From Kiritimatiellia bacterium (lineage in GTDB: Bacteria > Verrucomicrobiota > Kiritimatiellia > RFP12 > UBA1067), in NCBI GenBank assembly GCA_017406465.1, contig JAFQYM010000013.1:490-64489 (forward strand): a stretch of 64,000 nucleotides of DNA. Direction: 5' to 3'. The notes under the pieces were generated by a model that saw nothing but the letters and a program-made list of their open reading frames with translations, was not told the origin of the DNA and searched no databases. The position numbers were made by a program, and so were the translations under genes. Of the stretch, positions 28,328-38,163 are shown in pieces (the stretch's first letter is position 1; every line of letters starts with the position of its first letter).

Positions 28328-29753
28328 TACCCTCCGTCCAGAGTTGCATCTCTTTGTCATCTGGTCGTCGGCCATGCCGTTGGCGGACAGGATGCTGGCC
28401 GACATGGCGCGCCGTCTGGAAATCGTCTGGCGGCGCGAATTCCCCATTGAGGGCCGCGCGCGCGACTTCTACCGCAGGTTTTATGCGCACATGAGGCTTG
28501 ACGGCAAGCGCAAGGAAAAGTCCTGCGGGAAGGGCCCCTATCTGCTGGTCGTCGTGCGCGATTCCAATCCAGAATACGTAAAGGCGCCAAACGGCATCGC
28601 GGTGAACCGGACGATGCGGGATTTGAAGTCCCGCTACCGCGAATGGGCTCGGCGCGGCTATCGGGTGCATGGCACGTTGACGCGCGAAGAGTTCGCGCGC
28701 GACATAGAGGTCCTGACCGGGCACTCCGCTGCGGAATGGGCGCTTGGCGTTCCGGACGGCGCAATCGGGCCGTGCCTGCCGCCGCTTGCATCCTTGCCGC
28801 CTGTGCCGGGAATCCTTGAACGGATCCGGCTGCGCCGGGCGCAGAAGAAGGCCTGTGCCAAGAAGCGGAAACGCCTCTCTAAGCGGATTCGCGCCGCCTG
28901 GTGGGACGTGATAACCTCGGAGGGTTCGGCAATGGGACTCCTTGATTGTCGCGTCTTGCTTGAGAACAAGCTTGTCAACGACATATTCTTCGAGGGCACG
29001 TTCAAGGGCGAGCCGTGCATCGTCAAGTGCTCTTCGCGCGCGCCGGAGTCGATCGAAAACGAATACAGGATGTCGCGCCGCCTGGCCGCCGTCGCGCCGG
29101 TCTGCGCCGAGGCGCTTGCGTTGTGGCGCTCGCCAGACGGAAGGCGCGCGTTCGTCGTGACGCGCAAATTGCCCGGTCCGTCGCTTGCCGGCATGCTTGC
29201 GAGGGATGTCGGCGAGGAAGAGGCCGTCGGCGTACTGGAGGACATGATTCGCATAGCCGAGGCGCTTATAAAGTCCGGCATAGTCTGGCGTGACATAATA
29301 CCCGACAATTTCATGCGCGACTCGGACGGGCATCTCAAGCTCATCGACGCGCAGTTTGCAGTCGACCGCAACGACTTCAGGGAGGATCCGTTCCTCCTGA
29401 AGAACTGGGGCTACCGCATGCTGACCTTTGCGCACCATCCTATGACGGCGGGCTACGGATGGAACGACGCGGCGATGATGCTCTTCTACACCTGGAAGCT
29501 TTCCGGCTCCGCCCGCGCACAGGAGCTGTGCGACAGGCTGCGCACGATGTCCGATGCGTCCAACTTCACGGTGGAGTACGGCGGTATGGACCGTTTTCGC
29601 ATGCGCATTGCGCTTGCCGTCCTGCGCATGCAGCGGGCGATTGCGGGACTGCGCGGCGGAAGTGCCGCGCTCGACACGCGCATAGCCCGCGCCGAGGCGT
29701 TCCTCAAGAGGGACTGTGGCCTTTGGAAAAAGGTACTGGGAATCAAGACATGA
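28320..29753 (+). CDS. Putative LPS-modifying protein: conserved N-terminal domain (NDK-like) plus kinase-like domain
   Basis: ELHLFVIW...RFY...GPYLLVVVRD...RVHGT; kinase motifs CIVK, WRDIIPDN, LIDAQFA; paralog of 36292..38163. Confidence 0.75.
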   Translation: MSDTLRPELHLFVIWSSAMPLADRMLADMARRLEIVWRREFPIEGRARDFYRRFYAHMRLDGKRKEKSCGKGPYLLVVVRDSNPEYVKAPNGIAVNRTMRDLKSRYREWARRGYRVHGTLTREEFARDIEVLTGHSAAEWALGVPDGAIGPCLPPLASLPPVPGILERIRLRRAQKKACAKKRKRLSKRIRAAWWDVITSEGSAMGLLDCRVLLENKLVNDIFFEGTFKGEPCIVKCSSRAPESIENEYRMSRRLAAVAPVCAEALALWRSPDGRRAFVVTRKLPGPSLAGMLARDVGEEEAVGVLEDMIRIAEALIKSGIVWRDIIPDNFMRDSDGHLKLIDAQFAVDRNDFREDPFLLKNWGYRMLTFAHHPMTAGYGWNDAAMMLFYTWKLSGSARAQELCDRLRTMSDASNFTVEYGGMDRFRMRIALAVLRMQRAIAGLRGGSAALDTRIARAEAFLKRDCGLWKKVLGIKT

Positions 29754-30529
29754 TACCCAAGGTCGTTCACTTTGTCTGGCTTGGCGGCGCCCCGAAGCCG
29801 CAGGTGGTGCTCAAGTGCATTGAGTCCTGGCGGCGCATGTGCCCCGGGTGGGAGATCCGCGAATGGGGCGACGGGTCTCTTGAAGGCGTTGGAAACCGCT
29901 ACCTCTGCGAGACCGTGGAGCACCGCAAGTGGGCGTTTGCCGCGGACTACCTCAGGCTGAAGATACTGAACGACCATGGCGGGTTTTACCTCGACACCGA
30001 CCTTGAGCTTCTAAAGCCGATTGACGAGTTCTGCACATGCGACTTCGTGACGGGGTTCATAGACCGTCCGCCGAACGTGTTCCTCAACATGTGCTTTCTC
30101 GGCGCGGCGAAGGGGAACGGACGCATTGCCGAAATGCTGGACGAGTACGAGAGGATTTCGTTCGTCGGACCGGACGGAGAGCTCGACCAGACCCCGAACG
30201 TGGTCCGCTTCGCGCGGTATTTCTCCTCTCGCGGATTCGACTTTTCCGACGCTCACGCCACCGTCGAACTGTCGCCGACGGAGCGTATATGCCCAGTCGA
30301 GTGGTTCAATTCGCGCGATGGGTATGCCTTTCACCACTATGCGGCGTCGTGGCTGGACGACTGGACGCGGAAGGTGTGGCTGAAGTGTGGCGGCTGGAAG
30401 CTCGTCCGCTTCAAACGTCGGCTGGAGTCCGCCTCTCCGGCTCCGTCGTTGATGCAGGGCGAGCGAGCCGTACTCTCGCTGCCGCTCGGCAGCCGGAAGA
30501 AGGTCGTCCTGACGAGGAGCGGGGCATGA
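29750..30529 (+). CDS. Glycosyltransferase family 32 (DXD)
   Basis: MIPKVVHFVWLGG, WAFAADYLRL, GGFYLDTD, HHYAASW. Confidence 0.92.
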   Translation: MIPKVVHFVWLGGAPKPQVVLKCIESWRRMCPGWEIREWGDGSLEGVGNRYLCETVEHRKWAFAADYLRLKILNDHGGFYLDTDLELLKPIDEFCTCDFVTGFIDRPPNVFLNMCFLGAAKGNGRIAEMLDEYERISFVGPDGELDQTPNVVRFARYFSSRGFDFSDAHATVELSPTERICPVEWFNSRDGYAFHHYAASWLDDWTRKVWLKCGGWKLVRFKRRLESASPAPSLMQGERAVLSLPLGSRKKVVLTRSGA

Positions 30530-31452
30530 AGATATCTGTCGTAATCCCCGTGTACAACGTCGCCCGGTTTCTCCCGGCGTGCCTTGACTCGCTGTCGGCG
30601 CAGACGTTCCGCGACTGGACATGCATTCTTGTGGACGACGGGTCGGATGACGGCTCTTCGGAAATATGCAGTGCACAGGCCGCGTACGACAAGCGTTTTA
30701 GCGTGTGTCGTACGAAGAACCGCGGGGCTTCCGCCGCTCGCAACACAGGCCTGTCGTTGGCCAAGGGTGACGCCGTGTACTTCTGTGATTCCGACGACGT
30801 CCTGCACCAGGAGCTGCTGTCGTGCCTCGCGTCTGCGCTTGAGTCCTCCGAAGCAGACTTCTCATACGTAGATGCGGCGGAGTTCCCCGAAGACGGCAAG
30901 CCGGCGTTCCGAATGCCCTCGGCGGAGCCCGAGCTTGTCGAGGATGCGTTCGCCCTCTTTTCAGGCCAGAAGTGCGGTTTGGCGGTTTGGCATTGCCTCT
31001 TCCGTCGCGAGGCGATTTCTGGACTTTCATTCCCCGTGGGCATAAGCAGGGGGGAAGACAGGGTTTTCATGTATGAGTTCCTGAAGAATTCCCCCAGGAT
31101 GGCAAGACTGTCCGCCGCACTATACGGTTATCGGCAGCGGAAGGGGTCGGTGGTGCATGGCGGGCTTGGCGAAAGCGTTGTTGCTGGCTGTGCGGATGTC
31201 ATGCGTCGGCTTGCCGCAAGCTATGCCGGCGACCCACGCCTCGCGGCGCTTCGCAGAGGGGAGTTTGTGTTCATGACGAAATGCATTGTGCGCGAATGCG
31301 AACGTCATCAGGAGGCGGGCGACATGCCGCGGTGCAGGGAGGCAATAGGGGCTCTTGTTGCCGATGGCACCATACGGCTCCGCGACTTCGGGCTGAAGTG
31401 GGGTTGGCGGCTCTTCAGATTCGCACGAATGCCTCGCACCCCGTTAGCATGA
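30526..31452 (+). CDS. Glycosyltransferase family 2
   Basis: KISVVIPVYNV, LVDDGSDD, ARNTGL, FCDSDD, GED, YRQRKGS. Confidence 0.92.
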   Translation: MKISVVIPVYNVARFLPACLDSLSAQTFRDWTCILVDDGSDDGSSEICSAQAAYDKRFSVCRTKNRGASAARNTGLSLAKGDAVYFCDSDDVLHQELLSCLASALESSEADFSYVDAAEFPEDGKPAFRMPSAEPELVEDAFALFSGQKCGLAVWHCLFRREAISGLSFPVGISRGEDRVFMYEFLKNSPRMARLSAALYGYRQRKGSVVHGGLGESVVAGCADVMRRLAASYAGDPRLAALRRGEFVFMTKCIVRECERHQEAGDMPRCREAIGALVADGTIRLRDFGLKWGWRLFRFARMPRTPLA

Positions 31453-32401
31453 ACAGATTCCATAGGAGGCGCTTGCGGAAATGCAGCTTATGCCTGAGGT
31501 CTATTCCGATTGGGTAGAGGCCTCGTATCCCGTCGCGAAGGGATCTCGATTCCTCGCGCGTGAGGCGCACTCCATGTCTGATCGGGAGGAACAAGTTCAC
31601 GTGTGCCGACACGTCGAATCCGTCGAGAAACCCCTTTGTCTGGTGTTCGTTTAGCCCCATTGCCAGTGGAAGCGTTGTCGCGAGGGTCCTGAAAGTTTCG
31701 ATGTGCGAAAGCATTGAACTGGGGCTTGGGTTAAGCCATCCACCCGCGGCGGTAGCGCGCCAGGCGTATCCGGTCCAGTCAATCCTCACGTACTTTCGGC
31801 AGCGTGGGAGGGCCGTGTAGTGCCAGCGGAAGTCCTGTTCAACGCGAACGCCAGGGGGGAAGGGCAGGTCGGCGAAGACATCGCGTCGGTATAGGTTTAG
31901 CCAGACTTCGCAGGGGATGTTTGCCTTGAGACCAGAGAGCCATTCGCATATTCCGGCGCGGTCGGCGACCTTGATTTCGGCATCTGCCGCAGGGCCGTCG
32001 TCGGGGAACTTGGGTTCTGTCGTCTCGTCGAACATGAGCTTTTTGCATCCGGTTATGTCCGATTGGTGTTTCTCCGCGAGGTTGAACAGCGTCTCAAGGT
32101 AGCGCGGATGGTATATGTCGTCCTCGTCTAGAAACGCGAAGTACTTGCCGCGTACCTTAGCCATGGCAGTGTTCCGCGCGACGGAAGTGCCGCCGTTCTT
32201 CTGGTGGATGACCTTAAGCCGTGCATCGGATGCCGCGAATTCGTCTGCAAGAGCCCCCGAACCGTCCTTTGACTCGTCGTCCACGAGAATCCACTCCCAG
32301 TCTTGGAAAGTCTGTGCCTGCATCGAGGCGAAGGTTTTCCGCAGGAATCTGACGCCCTTGTAGACGGGCGTTACAACGGAGATGGCGGGCCGGACAGACA
32401 T
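31415..32401 (-). CDS. Glycosyltransferase family 2
   Basis: ISVVTPVY, ILVDDESKD, NGGTSVARN, FLDEDD. Confidence 0.9.
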   Translation of the reverse strand: MSVRPAISVVTPVYKGVRFLRKTFASMQAQTFQDWEWILVDDESKDGSGALADEFAASDARLKVIHQKNGGTSVARNTAMAKVRGKYFAFLDEDDIYHPRYLETLFNLAEKHQSDITGCKKLMFDETTEPKFPDDGPAADAEIKVADRAGICEWLSGLKANIPCEVWLNLYRRDVFADLPFPPGVRVEQDFRWHYTALPRCRKYVRIDWTGYAWRATAAGGWLNPSPSSMLSHIETFRTLATTLPLAMGLNEHQTKGFLDGFDVSAHVNLFLPIRHGVRLTREESRSLRDGIRGLYPIGIDLRHKLHFRKRLLWNLFMLTGCEAFVRI

Positions 32402-32413
32402 TTCGGCGGCTCC

Positions 32414-33208
32414 TTACCTGCGGGCGGCTTGGATGCCGAACATCGAGCGAAGGCGCTCCTTTGCCTTTGCGACAAGGAGTCCGAGACGGGTGTTGACCTT
32501 GTACTTTTTCATGTTCATCTTGAGATTGTGTGCCTTGCGCTCGGCCTTTGTGCGGTAGTCCCTGACGGATATCCCGAGAGACCTGAGGGAGTCTGCGACC
32601 GCGGAGAAGCAGACGTCCGTTTCGTCGTCGTGGTAGTTGAACCTTATTTCGGTTATGCCTTCCGCCGGACTGTCCACTGCGCGGCGATCATAGGGGGTGT
32701 CCCGGTCGAGGATGAAGTGGATGAAGTCGAACGAAACACCTGGGAACGCCGCCGACATGTCGGCGCGTGCCTTGACTAAGTCATCAATGGACGGCGTCTG
32801 CCGACCGCCCTTGTTGGACGAGTCGATGTATACGGCAAGCACGCGCATGGATTTCCCGAGTAGGTCAAAAAACCGCTTCTCGCGGCGCGCGTACTTCGCC
32901 ACGACCTGGGCGAGGCTGTCCTCTATGGGGCCGTCCGAGAAGTCGTGCAGGTGCTTGAAGCCGGTCTTCCTGTTGTGGAACATGCCGAGTCCGTTAATCG
33001 GATTTGTGCCATCGTAGACGAAGTCCTCCTTTTCCATCCAGCGGTCGAAGTGGTGGAGGAGAATGTCTACGCGGGAAGGGAGAGTCGCGCCGGCAAGCCA
33101 GTCAAATGGAAATGAGGCGAACTGCATGTTCGCCTTGCGAAGTGTCATGGAACAGGCGCATGCCTGTCCGAGGCTGAAGGCGAGATCGTATTCTCCGGTG
33201 GCATTCAT
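32414..33208 (-). CDS. DUF1796 (putative papain-like cysteine peptidase) family protein
   Basis: YDLAFSLGQACACS, SFPFDWL, HLHDF, KYARREKRF. Confidence 0.75.
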   Translation of the reverse strand: MNATGEYDLAFSLGQACACSMTLRKANMQFASFPFDWLAGATLPSRVDILLHHFDRWMEKEDFVYDGTNPINGLGMFHNRKTGFKHLHDFSDGPIEDSLAQVVAKYARREKRFFDLLGKSMRVLAVYIDSSNKGGRQTPSIDDLVKARADMSAAFPGVSFDFIHFILDRDTPYDRRAVDSPAEGITEIRFNYHDDETDVCFSAVADSLRSLGISVRDYRTKAERKAHNLKMNMKKYKVNTRLGLLVAKAKERLRSMFGIQAARR

Positions 33209-33210
33209 CG

Positions 33211-34728
33211 TCAGTCCTTCTCGAATTTGAAAGCATGCTTTTTGGGGAGTATCTTCGCTGGGGTGAACTCGGCGAAAAGCGCCCGCCATCCGGCAGGGTC
33301 GCCGAGTTTTTTGTTCACGACCGCCGCACCGGGGTTGAATGCCTTGACGGTGCGCAGGACACGGTTTGGGGCTGGCTTGATCCGACCGCGGGCTGCGCGT
33401 TCTGTCACTACGACCAAAGTGTAGTTGCGTGCGCCCCTCGCCTCGATGGCGTTTTGCACGGCGTCCACCTGTTCGCTGACGTCTTTGTCGAGCGTGTTGC
33501 GCGTATGGACGCGAAGTACGAGCGCCTTGGACGAGTCGTCGGACAGTACGCGCGTAAGTTTGTCGTTGAGGTGCCTCATACGCTGGACAAGGTCCTGACG
33601 GTCCTCGTCAAGGGTCTTCTGGTCCGGGTCGCGGTTGCTGGATTTCATGTTCAGCCGCCCGTGGAACTGGCACAAGGTCTTTTCGCACCTCCACATCATG
33701 TTCGGCTTGTTCCAAGAGTAGCCCTCGCTGCCGATGTACTCCGGATGGCGCAGGGCGTCCGCCAGCTGGCGCAGATTGTTGGAAAGAGCCCATGAGAACG
33801 GCGTCGAGTCGACGAAGCCCCAGGAAAGTGAGAACCTGAATGCCGGCTCGCAGTTCATGCCGAGGGAAAACACATGGTCGAACTTCTTTCTGCGTAGCTT
33901 TGCAATTGCCTCGCGTGGATAGAGGAAGTCCATTATCCGCGACAGTTCCATGCGGCGCCTTATGAGGAAGTACTCCCAAGCGTTGCTGGCGCCGACTTCC
34001 TTCATCTTTACGCGGCGCGTCCGCTCGTTCATCGCCTTTATTTCGTCGGCGGTTCTGTATTCTCGCACGGAAGCGATTTCTCGCATTGCTGATGCGCACA
34101 AACCATGGTTGACGGCGTAGTCGGGTTTTCCTGGACGACGATCCCTGAAGTCGAACGCTACGCGCATGAATCCGTCTCCAAGGTCTTCGACGATGCGTTC
34201 CTCGAAAGGACGCCCGGGTTCGAGCGCGAACATCAAAAAGTCCACCTTGATGCGCGGATACAGCGCCTGCAGCCTTCGCTGGGCCTCGCGGCACGTTTCC
34301 ACGTCCGCGGCCAGGCACGTCGGCGCGTCCATGTAGACGGCCAGAATGTTTGACGTCGCCTTGGACAGGAGCTGCAGGAACCTCTTGACCCTCCTGTCGT
34401 ACTTGGCCTTTATGGCGGGATATGCCTCGTGCAGTGGAATGTCGGGTGGAAAGTCGTGCGGGTAGATTATTTTGGTGCGCTTGTTTATATAGAGGTCTTT
34501 GCCGCTTTCCGGGTTCTTCCTGACGAACTTGAGATCCTCCTCCTCGAACCACCAAGCGAATCCCGATGCAATGATGTCGACCCTTTGCTGCAAGTCGGGC
34601 CCGGGCGTCTTGATATCGGATGTCACCCAGTCCCATGGCAGCGAAAGGAGCTGAAGACCTGCACTGCGAAGGGACTGGGAACAGGCGCAGGCATACCCCA
34701 ATCCGAACACGAAATCATATTTTTTCAT
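33211..34728 (-). CDS. Tandem DUF1796-domain protein
   Basis: Domain 1 YDFVFGLGYACACS/LPWDW/YPHDF/KYDRRVKRF; domain 2 FDHVFSLGMNCE/STPFSW/QFHG. Confidence 0.75.
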   Translation of the reverse strand: MKKYDFVFGLGYACACSQSLRSAGLQLLSLPWDWVTSDIKTPGPDLQQRVDIIASGFAWWFEEEDLKFVRKNPESGKDLYINKRTKIIYPHDFPPDIPLHEAYPAIKAKYDRRVKRFLQLLSKATSNILAVYMDAPTCLAADVETCREAQRRLQALYPRIKVDFLMFALEPGRPFEERIVEDLGDGFMRVAFDFRDRRPGKPDYAVNHGLCASAMREIASVREYRTADEIKAMNERTRRVKMKEVGASNAWEYFLIRRRMELSRIMDFLYPREAIAKLRRKKFDHVFSLGMNCEPAFRFSLSWGFVDSTPFSWALSNNLRQLADALRHPEYIGSEGYSWNKPNMMWRCEKTLCQFHGRLNMKSSNRDPDQKTLDEDRQDLVQRMRHLNDKLTRVLSDDSSKALVLRVHTRNTLDKDVSEQVDAVQNAIEARGARNYTLVVVTERAARGRIKPAPNRVLRTVKAFNPGAAVVNKKLGDPAGWRALFAEFTPAKILPKKHAFKFEKD

Positions 34729-34789
34729 AGTTTTGGATAGTTAATTCAATAGTATAAAACATTTCCGTGTGGAAAGTCAACCCCAACTG

Positions 34790-34798
34790 TGGTATACT
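34790..34798 (+). promoter_or_regulatory. Extended -10 promoter in an AT-rich divergent region
   Basis: TGGTATACT 10 nt before ATG 34809. Confidence 0.55.
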
Positions 34799-34808
34799 AT
34801 CTTGAAAA

Positions 34809-36302
34809 ATGAACACAGGAAAAGATTGCCCCCGGAAGAGGACTCTCTGTATGGTCCATGTCTTTTACCCGGATTTCTGGCCGGAGATAGCTTCTTGCCT
34901 TCGGAACATCGACGAACCGCTTGATTTGGTTGTGACATACGTGGATGAGACGAAGGGCATTCCGGAGATGGTGCGCAAGGACTTCCCCGATGCGCGGTTT
35001 GTCCTCTGCGAGAACCGCGGGTTTGACATTTGGCCGTTTCTCAAGGCGCTTAAGACTGTAGACCTCTCCAAGTATTCTGTTCTCGTAAAGCTTCATACGA
35101 AGCGAGACGTGAAGCGCGACGGGCGTCCGCTTGTCTTCAATCACTGCGATTTCGCCGAGAGTGCATGGCGTGAATATCTTCTTGGATTCATCCGCGACGC
35201 AGAGTCTTGGCGGGCGACGTTGGTTCGGCTGTCGCAGCCTGGCGTCGGGATGGTGGCCGACCGTCATGTGATCCTGCGCCGCGACGACACGCCGTGGTTT
35301 GGCACGCGCCACACCATGGATCTCGCATTTTCGCTCATTCGCGACCTGTACGGCGTTCCGGTGCGACATGGTGCGCAATTCGTTGCAGGCACAATGTTCG
35401 CGGCAAGGCCATCGGTATTCGCAAAGCTGCTGAACCGCGAGTGGACGGCCGACGACTTCGCCGAATCCGTCCATGACGGCACCGAGCAGACGGCCCACAT
35501 CCTTGAGCGGGCGCTGGGCATTGCCGTCACGGCAGAGGGGTTGCGGATAGACTCCTTTGACGGGCGCCTCGGCTTGTGGCGTGCGGCAATGACGGTGCGC
35601 GGATTTCTGCTGTCGTCGTTGGAATTCCTGTGGTCCGACAGCAAGCAGACGTCAGGGCGTCGCATCATAAAGGTGTTTGGCATATCTGTCTACCGCTCTG
35701 GCCACAGGCCTGGCATACCCGAGGAGGAAAATTGCGTGGTCGTAGAACCGCCACACGACCCTCTTTCTTATTCAGACCTGCTCAATGCATACGCACTGCG
35801 CGCGTCTGCGAACCATGACGGACGTATCGTTCGCGTGATCGGCGACAATCCCTGCGCCATTTCGCCGTTCGGATGGAACCCGGTGCGCAGGATCCGCTCG
35901 CGTCGTTTCCTGAAAAAGTTCCTCAAGCCAGTAGTCGGCAAGGCGCCCAAGGGGGCCGAGCGTGCAGACTTGGGGCCGAATCCCGTTCGGGTGGCGAAGG
36001 TCGATTCCTGCTGGTTCAACCTGACGTCGTTGCGCGCGGACGGCGGCAAAACGCTCTTCGTCCATTTCAGAAGGCGATCCAAGGAGAACGTCTCGGCCGC
36101 AAGGGCATTCGCAAAAGCCCATTCGGCAAAGGTCAGGTTTTTCTTTGACGATTCCGGCTGCGGCGGGCCGATCCAATACGTTGACGCCGTGGCCAACTCC
36201 ACCTGGGTGATGACAGATACTGAACTTGGCTCCGACTTCGCAGCCGCATTCGGCAAGGATATGGTTGCGCCATTTTTGCAGGGAGGCATTCATGCGGACT
36301 GA
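34809..36302 (+). CDS. Rhamnan synthesis F (RgpF)-like protein with a degenerate pyruvyltransferase-like C-terminus
   Basis: HVFYPDFW, ENRGFDIWPF, KLHTKR, FVAGTMFAAR, AHILER. Confidence 0.82.
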   Translation: MNTGKDCPRKRTLCMVHVFYPDFWPEIASCLRNIDEPLDLVVTYVDETKGIPEMVRKDFPDARFVLCENRGFDIWPFLKALKTVDLSKYSVLVKLHTKRDVKRDGRPLVFNHCDFAESAWREYLLGFIRDAESWRATLVRLSQPGVGMVADRHVILRRDDTPWFGTRHTMDLAFSLIRDLYGVPVRHGAQFVAGTMFAARPSVFAKLLNREWTADDFAESVHDGTEQTAHILERALGIAVTAEGLRIDSFDGRLGLWRAAMTVRGFLLSSLEFLWSDSKQTSGRRIIKVFGISVYRSGHRPGIPEEENCVVVEPPHDPLSYSDLLNAYALRASANHDGRIVRVIGDNPCAISPFGWNPVRRIRSRRFLKKFLKPVVGKAPKGAERADLGPNPVRVAKVDSCWFNLTSLRADGGKTLFVHFRRRSKENVSAARAFAKAHSAKVRFFFDDSGCGGPIQYVDAVANSTWVMTDTELGSDFAAAFGKDMVAPFLQGGIHAD

Positions 36303-38163
36303 GCTGCACATGATCGTCCTTTGGGAAAAGGCCAGGAGCGAGGAATCGCGAATACTGGAAGACGTGGCGCGCCATGTCGAAATAGTGGCGACAATGGAAC
36401 TCGCCTGGCCCGGCGCGCCTGTCGATTGCTTCGGTCGGTTCTACGGGGCGAAGCTTCAGGAGGCGGCAGGCAAGGTCACGGTGTGCGGCGGCGGTCCGTT
36501 CCTGATGCTCGTGGTGCGTGACGGGAATCCGCGGTACGGATGGCGCGAAACGTCCAGGGGATGCGAGTACGTAAATCTGAGACTGTTCGAGATGAAGTCC
36601 CGCTACCGCGAATGGACCGGCGGTGGGCACAGAGTGCATACCACAAACAGCGTCGCCGAGTTCCGGCGGGACATCTTCCTTCTGACGGGCCGCACGGCGG
36701 CGGAATGGAACGACGGAACGCCGGATGGCGATATTTGCGTACTGCCCGGTCGCAGCGGATGGCACGATCTTCGCGCACTCTTCCGGGCGCTCGGCGAAAC
36801 CATGCCGTACGCCGTGCTCCGCAATTCCGAAATGCTGCCGGACCGTTTCGACCCATCCCTGCATGGCGACATCGACCTTCTCGTGCCTGACGCCGAAGAA
36901 TGCGCGGGCGTTCTCGGCGCCCGCAAGGTCTTTCCAGTGGCGAACCGGGTCCATTATGAAGTCATGGTTGGCGGCAAGCCGGTGCGCTTCGACTTCCGCT
37001 TCGTCGGCGACGGTTACTATGACATTCGATGGCAACGCGCGATTCTCGACAACGCCATCGAGTCTGACGGTGTGCGCCGTCCGGCTCCTGTTGACGCATT
37101 CTACGCTCTCGTCTACCACGCACTGTACCAGAAATGCGTCATGGCGCCAGACTACGAGGGCAAATCCCTCGCCTTGGCGCAGGCTGCGGGAATACCTGGC
37201 GCGACATTCGCCGAATGGCTGCCCCTTCTGGAAGACTTCCTCGCATCGCACCGCTACCAAGTGACGAAGCCGTTGGATTCCAGCGTATATCTCGACCCGT
37301 GTCTGCCCGTCTGGCATTCCGTGGCGGAGGAAATCAACAGGCTCTTTCCTCTTGAGGAGCTTAGGCCAATGGGGCTTGAACGACGCCATGTCAGCCAGTG
37401 GTTGCCGACGCTTCTCTTCACGGCCAAGGCAGGCGGGGACAAGGTGCTCGTCAAATATTCGCCTGTTGCGCCTTTTGCAATAGCCAACGAATGGTCCTTC
37501 GCTCGGCGATTCCGCGAGATTCGTCCGGATCTTTGCGTAGAGCCGGTGTCGTGGCATCGGATAGGCGAGGGCGCTTTCGTCGTGTTGAAATGGATGGTTG
37601 GGAATACGCTGCAGGATTTGCTTGACCAAGGGGTCGTCTTCTCGCCAGAACAGACGGCGACGCTTGTCAAGGACATGAAGGACATCTCCGACACGCTTGT
37701 CGCCGCGAATATCGTCCATCGCGACATTCGTCCTGCCAACATGATGGTGTCTCCCGACGGCCATGTCCGGATATTCGACTTCCAGTTCGCCGTGAACAGG
37801 GACGATCCTCGTGAGCAGAGGTATTTCGTGGACCGCCACGTGGAGCTTCTGTGGGTGCTGGGTGACATATACGCTGACGGACACGGCAAGTGGAATGACA
37901 GACGGGCGATGATGCGCTGCCTGCAAAACCTGCCGGACTGTCCCGAGCGCGCACAGGCGATATCCGAAATGTCAAAAGACGTAGAGGCGCACAACCGAAC
38001 CGCAAACCTGCCGAAAGGTCTTCGGCGCGTATACATGAAAGAGTATCTGAAACTTGATAGAAAACGCCGCAGGCATAGACTGCTTTTTCGGAAGGACAAG
38101 CCTGTCGACGTGCGGCGTTGGGAGTTCCTGAAATACGTGCTTTTCGAATGGGGCGAGTTCTGA
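36292..38163 (+). CDS. Three-domain protein: NDK-like N-domain, nucleotidyltransferase-like domain, kinase domain
   Basis: ELHMIVLW...GPFLMLVVRD...RVHTTNS; YAVLRN...HGDIDLLV; VLVK, HRDIRPAN, IFDFQFA; GGGAGG SD. Confidence 0.78.
   Translation: MRTELHMIVLWEKARSEESRILEDVARHVEIVATMELAWPGAPVDCFGRFYGAKLQEAAGKVTVCGGGPFLMLVVRDGNPRYGWRETSRGCEYVNLRLFEMKSRYREWTGGGHRVHTTNSVAEFRRDIFLLTGRTAAEWNDGTPDGDICVLPGRSGWHDLRALFRALGETMPYAVLRNSEMLPDRFDPSLHGDIDLLVPDAEECAGVLGARKVFPVANRVHYEVMVGGKPVRFDFRFVGDGYYDIRWQRAILDNAIESDGVRRPAPVDAFYALVYHALYQKCVMAPDYEGKSLALAQAAGIPGATFAEWLPLLEDFLASHRYQVTKPLDSSVYLDPCLPVWHSVAEEINRLFPLEELRPMGLERRHVSQWLPTLLFTAKAGGDKVLVKYSPVAPFAIANEWSFARRFREIRPDLCVEPVSWHRIGEGAFVVLKWMVGNTLQDLLDQGVVFSPEQTATLVKDMKDISDTLVAANIVHRDIRPANMMVSPDGHVRIFDFQFAVNRDDPREQRYFVDRHVELLWVLGDIYADGHGKWNDRRAMMRCLQNLPDCPERAQAISEMSKDVEAHNRTANLPKGLRRVYMKEYLKLDRKRRRHRLLFRKDKPVDVRRWEFLKYVLFEWGEF

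Noticed and set aside
31415-31452. 38-nt convergent overlap of two GT2 genes
   Set aside because: Short 3' overlaps are common and there is no other evidence of regulation
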